From Planctomycetota bacterium (lineage in GTDB: Bacteria > Planctomycetota > UBA1135 > UBA2386), in the NCBI GenBank assembly GCA_965223545.1, contig OZ245006.1:6112001-6176000 (forward strand): a stretch of 64,000 bases of DNA. The letters are read 5' to 3'. Within the stretch, counting starts at the first letter, position 1. Every line of letters starts with the position of its first letter. The notes under the pieces are model-generated. The model saw only the letters and a list, made by a program, of their open reading frames with translations, did no database searches and was not told the DNA's origin. Shown here piece by piece: positions 57,958-64,000 of the stretch. The position numbers and the translations under genes were made by a program.

Positions 57958-59321
57958 TCTCGGCTGGTTCTCGGACCTCCCTCGGTGGCCTCGAGGAAGT
58001 CGAGCTCGTGCCAGAGAACCAGGCTGCCGCCGCGCGCGACGATCGACCACGGGCGTGGCAACAGGCCTTCGTGCGGCACGGCCACGCGGGTCTCGCCGTG
58101 CACCGCGACCGTGACGCGTTCGCCGTCGGCACGCACCTCGAACGGCGTGCGCGCGTCGCCGCGCCACTCCTCGAGGGTCGTCGTGCGGTGGACGTCGCCG
58201 GCGGCCACCGTCAGAGTGTGGTCAGCCGCCACCCAGAAGATCGCGACGGCGGGCGGTTCGCCGAAGCGGAGCTCGGCAGTGCGCGCGCCGGTGTCGTACA
58301 CCCGTAGTGCTCCCCGCGCAGCTTGCAGCGCACCGTCCTCGCCGAGTCGCCATGCCAGCGCGTCGCGGCCGGGGAACGCCTGCTGCAGGAGCGTGCCTGC
58401 GCGTTGCTCCAGCATTCGACTGTCCTGGCGCCAGCGAGGCCGGAGAGAGGCGACGAAGTCGACGAAGCGTGCGTCCAGGCCGTTCCACTCCGCCGCCGGG
58501 AGCTGCTGCCGGAACGCGGCGGCGAGCACTGTCGGCCCGGCACCCCCGGCCGAGTGCTCACCGTGCAAGTCGGCGATCGCGGCGTCGAAAGCCGCCCCGG
58601 TCCGCGGCTGGCGCAGGAAGCGCACCGCGAGCCAGCTCATCGCGTAGCGGTCGTAGAACGGGAGCTCTCGCCCTTGGCCGGCGAGCAGCGAGGTCAGCTG
58701 CCATCGATCGCTCTCGGCCAAGACCCGTTGGCCGCGCACCACGGCGGTGGCGAACGCGGGATCCTCCTCCGGTGAGTGGAGCAGGTCGGCGTCACGCAGG
58801 ACCTCGGTCTCGAGCCAAGAAGCGTTGCCGTCGGCGAACCACTGCGGATGCTGCGCGAATCCCGCGCACGCGTGATAGCGCGCGAGGTGGGCAGCCTCGT
58901 GCACCAGCAGCCGAAGAGTCTGCCGTCCCAGTCCCCAGCGTTCGATTGCCCTCGGGTCTCGCGTCGGCTGGACCGCGACGTGCGCGGTGCGCGATCCCCA
59001 GTGCGCGAACGCCAGGTTGCGGCGGAAGCGGCCTTGGGTGAGCTGCTGCTCGGCGCGTTCGTAGCCCTCGACCGAACGATACAAGTGGATCGTGTACGGC
59101 GCGTCCGGTGGGGTCGTCGGCCGTCGGTACAGACGCATCGCCGCCGGCCAGGTCGCGGCCAGGAGCCGCCGCGCCGCCGCCAGCGCACGCGGTGCCTCGA
59201 AGTCGGCCACCAGGGTGAAGCAGGCGCCCTGGGCGGCGGGCGCGGCTTCGGCGCGCGGGTCTTGCCGCCGGGCGAGCGCGACCAGTGCGGCCGCCGCGCA
59301 CGCGGCCGTCGCCACTGGCAT
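57936..59321 (-). CDS. HExxH-containing secreted protein (gluzincin-like)
   Basis: LVHEAAH..PQWFADGNA..YAMSW. Confidence 0.6.
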   Translation of the reverse strand: MPVATAACAAAALVALARRQDPRAEAAPAAQGACFTLVADFEAPRALAAARRLLAATWPAAMRLYRRPTTPPDAPYTIHLYRSVEGYERAEQQLTQGRFRRNLAFAHWGSRTAHVAVQPTRDPRAIERWGLGRQTLRLLVHEAAHLARYHACAGFAQHPQWFADGNASWLETEVLRDADLLHSPEEDPAFATAVVRGQRVLAESDRWQLTSLLAGQGRELPFYDRYAMSWLAVRFLRQPRTGAAFDAAIADLHGEHSAGGAGPTVLAAAFRQQLPAAEWNGLDARFVDFVASLRPRWRQDSRMLEQRAGTLLQQAFPGRDALAWRLGEDGALQAARGALRVYDTGARTAELRFGEPPAVAIFWVAADHTLTVAAGDVHRTTTLEEWRGDARTPFEVRADGERVTVAVHGETRVAVPHEGLLPRPWSIVARGGSLVLWHELDFLEATEGGPRTSRDQPVRRR

Positions 59322-61171
59322 CAGAAGGTGACGAACGAGCGGGTCTGTCCGGCGCGGGTGGTGAGCGCGGCGGGGCCCAGCGTGCGACCACTCTGGGTGC
59401 GCACCGTGACCGCCAGACCGACCATCTCGTTGGCGCTGGTGTCGCCACCATCGGTGTCGCAGTCGAACTCGAACACCACACCGCCGCGGAGCTTGCCGCC
59501 GGCGAAGCGGAACCTGAGGGTGCGGTAGTCACCGGGATCCCCGCCAGGATTCGTGCCGATCCAGCCGCAGTTGCTCGCCGGCGCGCAAGGCACGCCGCGC
59601 ACGGTGTTCTGTGCATCGTAGACGAGGCCGGCGGCGACGTCGGAGCCGTTGCGGTAGGTGCCGTTGCAGCCGGCGATGGCGCTGTTGCCGGCGTCGAAGC
59701 GGCCGGCCATACCGCTCTGATCGGTGTCGAACTCCATGCGCGTGTGGGTCGGGTTCGTCGAACGGGTCCAGTCGAGCTCCAGCTCGGTCACCGGGTCGTC
59801 GCCGAAGTTGGTGATCGAGAAGAAGCCGCTCGAGGTCTGGCTGTTGAACGAGTCATCGCCGGACGCCATCACGACGATCTCGGCGACGTCCCAGAACACC
59901 TGGTTGGTGACCGCCAGCTGGTTGGTGCGCATCAGCGGCTCGAAGTACACGGTCTGCGCGCGGAACTGGCTGCCGAGGCCCGCCGGGATCAGGACGTCGA
60001 GCGGCGCCGGGCTCACCGGCAGGGGCAGGATCACCGCCGGGTTGATCTGGGCGACCACTTCGGGGAAGCCGGGCAGCGCCGTGCTCGGCAGGTTCGCGCC
60101 GAAGTTGATCAGGGTCACCGCCGGGCGGCCGGCAAGGCCGGGGTTGGCGGTCACGTCGTGCGCCCAGCCGATGCGGGTCGGCAGCGGCGGAATGAACTTG
60201 GGTGACTCGGGCGTCAACGCGCCGTTGCCCGCGCGGTGGACCAGCACCGCCTCGGTTTCGCCCGGAACTTGGGTGTCGCGGTCGATGCGATAGACGGTCG
60301 CGGTGTCTTCGCGCCGTCCCGAGCTCTGGTCGAGGCCGATCAGGCCATACGCGTTGCTGGAGCCGATCAAGCCGGCGCCGTGATCGAGCCCTCCCTGCGG
60401 CGAGTTCGGCAGGAAGCGTTGGATGGCGTTGCCGGTGTACTGGCCGGTGCGTGGGTCGAGCTCGCGGATCTCGCCCTCGTTCGGCGCGCTGTTGATCCAC
60501 AAGGTGTCGTCGCCCGGGGTCGCCGTGCCCTGGTCGTCCCAGGCCAGGCCGTAGATCGACCACGGCGGGCCGCCAGCCGGCATCGGCAGGACGGTCAGGA
60601 TGTTGCCTTGCAGGTCGATCTCGTACAGCGGGGAGGCGAAATCACCGGTCCAGAGCGAGCCCCGACCCGCATCGCCGTTGGGGTTGAGTGCCAGTCCGCG
60701 GTGGTTGCCGATGCCGGCGTTGATCGGGTTGGTGATCGGCTGGCCGTTGAACGTCGTCGACTTCGTGCCACCGACGAAGAACGCGTGGATGCCGCCCTCG
60801 AAGCCGAACGCCAAGCGGGAGCCGTCGGTGCAGCCATCGCGCAGACCCCACTGGCTCGCCGTCGTCGCATTCGGCTGGTCGAACTGACGCACCAGGTTGC
60901 CGCTGAGGTCGACCACGAAGATCTGATGCGGCGGGAGTCCGGTCGCGCTGCGTCCCGAGATGTAGAGGTCGCCGGCCAGGAGCGTGACGCCCAGCAGCGT
61001 CTGGCTGCCGGTGATCGCGTTCAGGTCATAGGGTCCCAGGCTGCGGTGACCGTAGCCCGCAGCCATGTCCTTGTTCGGTTGGTTCTGTGCGGCGGCACCG
61101 ACCGCGAGCGTGAGTGCGAGCGTCGCGGTGAGCGGCCGTTGCCACCGAGCTAGAGGTCGGGATGGAGTCAT
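59321..61171 (-). CDS. Secreted multidomain beta-rich protein
   Basis: ATG at 61171 with a signal peptide (AAA-Q); propeller-like repeats (RGLAL, YGLAW) and a Cys-containing C-terminal domain. Confidence 0.75.
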   Translation of the reverse strand: MTPSRPLARWQRPLTATLALTLAVGAAAQNQPNKDMAAGYGHRSLGPYDLNAITGSQTLLGVTLLAGDLYISGRSATGLPPHQIFVVDLSGNLVRQFDQPNATTASQWGLRDGCTDGSRLAFGFEGGIHAFFVGGTKSTTFNGQPITNPINAGIGNHRGLALNPNGDAGRGSLWTGDFASPLYEIDLQGNILTVLPMPAGGPPWSIYGLAWDDQGTATPGDDTLWINSAPNEGEIRELDPRTGQYTGNAIQRFLPNSPQGGLDHGAGLIGSSNAYGLIGLDQSSGRREDTATVYRIDRDTQVPGETEAVLVHRAGNGALTPESPKFIPPLPTRIGWAHDVTANPGLAGRPAVTLINFGANLPSTALPGFPEVVAQINPAVILPLPVSPAPLDVLIPAGLGSQFRAQTVYFEPLMRTNQLAVTNQVFWDVAEIVVMASGDDSFNSQTSSGFFSITNFGDDPVTELELDWTRSTNPTHTRMEFDTDQSGMAGRFDAGNSAIAGCNGTYRNGSDVAAGLVYDAQNTVRGVPCAPASNCGWIGTNPGGDPGDYRTLRFRFAGGKLRGGVVFEFDCDTDGGDTSANEMVGLAVTVRTQSGRTLGPAALTTRAGQTRSFVTF

Positions 61172-61372
61172 GGGTGCTGCCGGGGACGGAGGGGTCGCCA
61201 GTCTTACCGCGTGGCGCGCACGGCGCCCAGCCCCGCCACCGGCGAGCCACGGCCCGGGAACGCGCCGAGTGTGGGTTTGCCCGCAGGCGATGTCCCCGCA
61301 ACGAACTCCTCGCTCCGCTTCCCCGGGTTCGGTAGCGTTCGCTCCGCTCCGACCGGGCCCTGACCGAACTCC

Positions 61373-63778
61373 GTGCGCATTCTCGGCTTGCTGATCCTCG
61401 TGCTGGCGCTCGCCGCCAGCGCGTCGCTCCACCTGCTGGTCGAAGGTCTGGTCTGGCTGGCGATCGCCGCGACCGGGGTCCTGCTGTTGGCGGTTTTCTC
61501 GCTGGCGGCCCTGCTCGGCGCGCTGCTGCCGCGCCGCCCGCCGCGGCTGCCGACGGACCGCGGCGCTGATGCGGCGGTGTCGGTCGTCGTTCCCTCGTGG
61601 AACGGTCTGCCGATGTTGCAGCGCCTCGTCCCCTCGGTGGTCGATGACCTGCGGTCGGTGCCCGGCGATCATCAAATCATCGTGGTCGACAACGGCAGTG
61701 ACGATGGCACTGCGGAGTGGCTGGCCGACGCGCACCCGAAGGTCGAGGTGGTGGCGCTGACGGAGAACCGATTCTACGGCGGTGGGGTCAGCGCGGGCGC
61801 GCGGCGCGCCACGCGCCCGGTGCTGGTCCTGCTCAACAACGACATGGTGGTCGAGCCCGGCTTCTTCGCCGCGCTGCTGGCCGGCGTGGCCGGCGAGCGG
61901 GTCTTCGCCGCGACCGCGCAGATCACGCTGCCGGACGGCAGGACCCAGCAGGAGTCGGGCAAGACGCGGGGGTGGTTCGAGCGCGGAGCTCTGCTCCTGT
62001 CGCATCGACCGATCTCGCCCGCCGACGAACGCGTCGGCAGCGTGCCGGCGTTCTGGGCCGGAGGCGGTTCGTCTGCTTTCGACCGCGCGACCTACGAGGC
62101 GTTGGGCGGGATGGACCCGATCTACGACCCGTTCTACTTGGAGGACACCGACCTCAGCTATCGGGCGTGGAGTCAGGGAGTGCAGGTGCTGTACGTTCCG
62201 GCGGCGCGCGTGCGGCACGAGCACCGCGGGACCGTGCGCCGCTTCGGCGATGCGTTCGTCGCGCGCATGCTGCGCCGCAACCACTATCAGTTCACCTGGA
62301 TCAACCTCGGTGATCCCGGTGCAATCGCCAGCCACTGTCTGTGGCTGGCGCCCGCGGCGATCGGGCGCGCTCGGCAGCAGGCCGGGCCGGGGCGCGCTGC
62401 GCTGTGGGGCGAGGTGACGGCACTGGCCAGCGCCGTCTGGCGGCTGCCCCGTATCCTGCCGCGCCGACTGCAGCGCCAGCGGTCGCGCGTGCTCGACGAC
62501 GCCCAGGTCTGGCAGCGCGCCAACCGCGGGCCGCGGCCGGCGCCGCCACCGGCACCGAGCGCCGGCGCGCCGATGCCGAGCCTCAACCTCCTGGTGTTGG
62601 CAGCGCGGCTGCCGCGGCTCGATACCGACGGGTCGTGGATCCTGTTCAACCGGCTGGCGGAGCAAGTGCGCCATCACCGCGTCACGCTGTTCGCCTATCT
62701 CGATCGCGCCGAAGACGCGGAGTACGAGGCGCCGCTGCGGGCGCTGGGCATCGACGTCCGTTCCCACCTGCGCAGCCCCGGCCGCAACGAGCTCGATGTG
62801 CATCACCGCGTGCCGCGGCGTCTGGCACGAGACTACAGCGCGGCGCCGATGCGGCTCGCGCTGCGCAATGTGCTCGAGACCGTCGACTTCGACGTGCTGC
62901 AAGTCGAGTACGTCGAGATGGCACACCTCCTCGATGGGATGCTGGAGGAGTTGCCCGCGGTCTACACCGTGCACGAGTCGCTGACGGTCTTGCACCGGCG
63001 GTTGCACGAGCGTGCCGCCGGCGTGGCCCGCTGGCGGGCCGCGTGGCAGTGGGCGCAGGCCCTGCGCTACGAGCAGCAGCTGCTGAGTGGCTTTCGACGG
63101 GCGGTGGCGCTGTCGGCGACCGATGCCGATGCTCTCCGCGACGCCGGCGCCGCGCTGCCGATCACGGTCATTCCGAGCGGTATCGACGAGCGTCGCTTCG
63201 CGCCGATGCCGGAAGTGGTCGAGCAACCGATCATCTCGTTCGTCGGCTACTACCAACACCCGCCGAACATCGACGGCGCGGTTTGGTTGGCGCGAGAGGT
63301 GTTCCCGGTGGTGCGCCGCGCGGTGCCGGGCGCAGTCTTGCGCATCGTCGGTCGCGAGCCGTCACCGCAGGTCGAAGCCCTGCGCGACGTGGCTGGCGTC
63401 GAGGTGTGCGGCTTCGTCGCCGACCTGCGCCGCGCGATGGCGGAATCGGCGGTGATGGCGGTGCCGGTGCGGTTGGGTGGAGGCCTGCGCGGCAAGGTGC
63501 TGGAGGCGTGGTCTGCCGGCAAGGCCGTGGTCACCACTGCTGTCGGTGCCGAGGGGTTGCCGGCCGTGCACCGGGAGAACGCGCTGATCGCCGACGATGC
63601 GCCGGCGTTCGCTGCGGCGTTGGTGGAGCTGTTGTCCGACGATGAGCAGCGCGCGCGGCTGGGCGCCGCCGGCCGCGAGCTGGTGTGCGATCGGTTCAGC
63701 GCCGCGGCGGTCGCGCGTGCCTACGACCAGGTGTACCGGCAGTTGCTTTGGGGGGGAGGCGGCGATGCCGAACGATGA
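61373..63778 (+). CDS. Bifunctional GT2 plus GT4 glycosyltransferase with N-terminal TM helices
   Basis: SVVVPSWNG, VVDNGSDDGT, LLNND, YLEDTDL (GT2); PSGID, KVLEAWSAGKAVV (GT4). Confidence 0.9.
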   Translation: MRILGLLILVLALAASASLHLLVEGLVWLAIAATGVLLLAVFSLAALLGALLPRRPPRLPTDRGADAAVSVVVPSWNGLPMLQRLVPSVVDDLRSVPGDHQIIVVDNGSDDGTAEWLADAHPKVEVVALTENRFYGGGVSAGARRATRPVLVLLNNDMVVEPGFFAALLAGVAGERVFAATAQITLPDGRTQQESGKTRGWFERGALLLSHRPISPADERVGSVPAFWAGGGSSAFDRATYEALGGMDPIYDPFYLEDTDLSYRAWSQGVQVLYVPAARVRHEHRGTVRRFGDAFVARMLRRNHYQFTWINLGDPGAIASHCLWLAPAAIGRARQQAGPGRAALWGEVTALASAVWRLPRILPRRLQRQRSRVLDDAQVWQRANRGPRPAPPPAPSAGAPMPSLNLLVLAARLPRLDTDGSWILFNRLAEQVRHHRVTLFAYLDRAEDAEYEAPLRALGIDVRSHLRSPGRNELDVHHRVPRRLARDYSAAPMRLALRNVLETVDFDVLQVEYVEMAHLLDGMLEELPAVYTVHESLTVLHRRLHERAAGVARWRAAWQWAQALRYEQQLLSGFRRAVALSATDADALRDAGAALPITVIPSGIDERRFAPMPEVVEQPIISFVGYYQHPPNIDGAVWLAREVFPVVRRAVPGAVLRIVGREPSPQVEALRDVAGVEVCGFVADLRRAMAESAVMAVPVRLGGGLRGKVLEAWSAGKAVVTTAVGAEGLPAVHRENALIADDAPAFAAALVELLSDDEQRARLGAAGRELVCDRFSAAAVARAYDQVYRQLLWGGGGDAER

Positions 63779-64000
63779 ATCGTCGGTGCGGCGCGCAGTG
63801 TTGTTCGCCACGGCGCCCCCAGCGCTTTCGCGCGACGTCATCCGCGCGGCGCGGGCACGGTTCCCGGAGGTCGCGTGGACGGTCTACTACCGAGCGACGG
63901 AGCGGGCGGAGCTGATCGATGTGCTCGACGGAGTCGACGCGCGCATCGACAAGCCGGCGGGATCAAAGCGCGCGTTCTTGGCCGCGATCCGAGCCGAGCG
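63765..64000 (+). CDS. Hypothetical protein, 5' part (runs off the window's right edge)
   Basis: ATG at 63765 after GGAGG, overlapping the glycosyltransferase stop; frame stays open to the window end. Confidence 0.55.
   Translation, partial: MPNDESSVRRAVLFATAPPALSRDVIRAARARFPEVAWTVYYRATERAELIDVLDGVDARIDKPAGSKRAFLAAIRAE

Noticed and set aside
61172..63259. N-terminal extension making the 59321 ORF 1312 aa
   Set aside because: It is antisense to the GT2-GT4 gene; the credible start with a signal peptide is at 61171.
1..64000. tRNA (including tRNA-Sec), rRNA or prophage genes
   Set aside because: I noticed no cloverleaf/T-loop signatures, rRNA-like segments or phage structural genes in the short intergenic regions. 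A tRNAscan/Infernal run would be needed to be certain.

Overview
A GC-rich bacterial window. Its gene repertoire (ECF sigma factors paired with Ser/Thr kinases, DUF1501/DUF1800, a PQQ-type propeller, FGE-sulfatase domains, carboxypeptidase-regulatory-like repeat proteins) suggests a Planctomycetota genome; this is inference. About 45 CDSs can be supported, mostly metabolic, envelope/glycosylation and signalling genes. Two loci stand out. (1) At 39397-40644 an exported protein is split by one in-frame UGA inside GHPLGCT-UGA-NNG, with a bacterial SECIS-like hairpin directly behind it. This is a probable unannotated CxU selenoprotein, translationally coupled to a zinc metalloprotease. (2) At 14868-18286 a IIC-like group II intron (15148-17181, non-canonical UUGCG...GC ends) sits inside the 3' arm of a REP-like hairpin. 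That hairpin belongs to a repeat cluster next to a RAYT-type HUH transposase. Other observations: an ECF sigma factor fused to two pilin-like domains, a C-terminal domain recurring in several secreted proteins, a pseudokinase-FGE protein, a candidate divergent fluoride riboswitch before crcB, and one frameshifted gene. No rRNA, tRNA or CRISPR array was seen. All product calls come from recognising motifs by eye; no searches were run.
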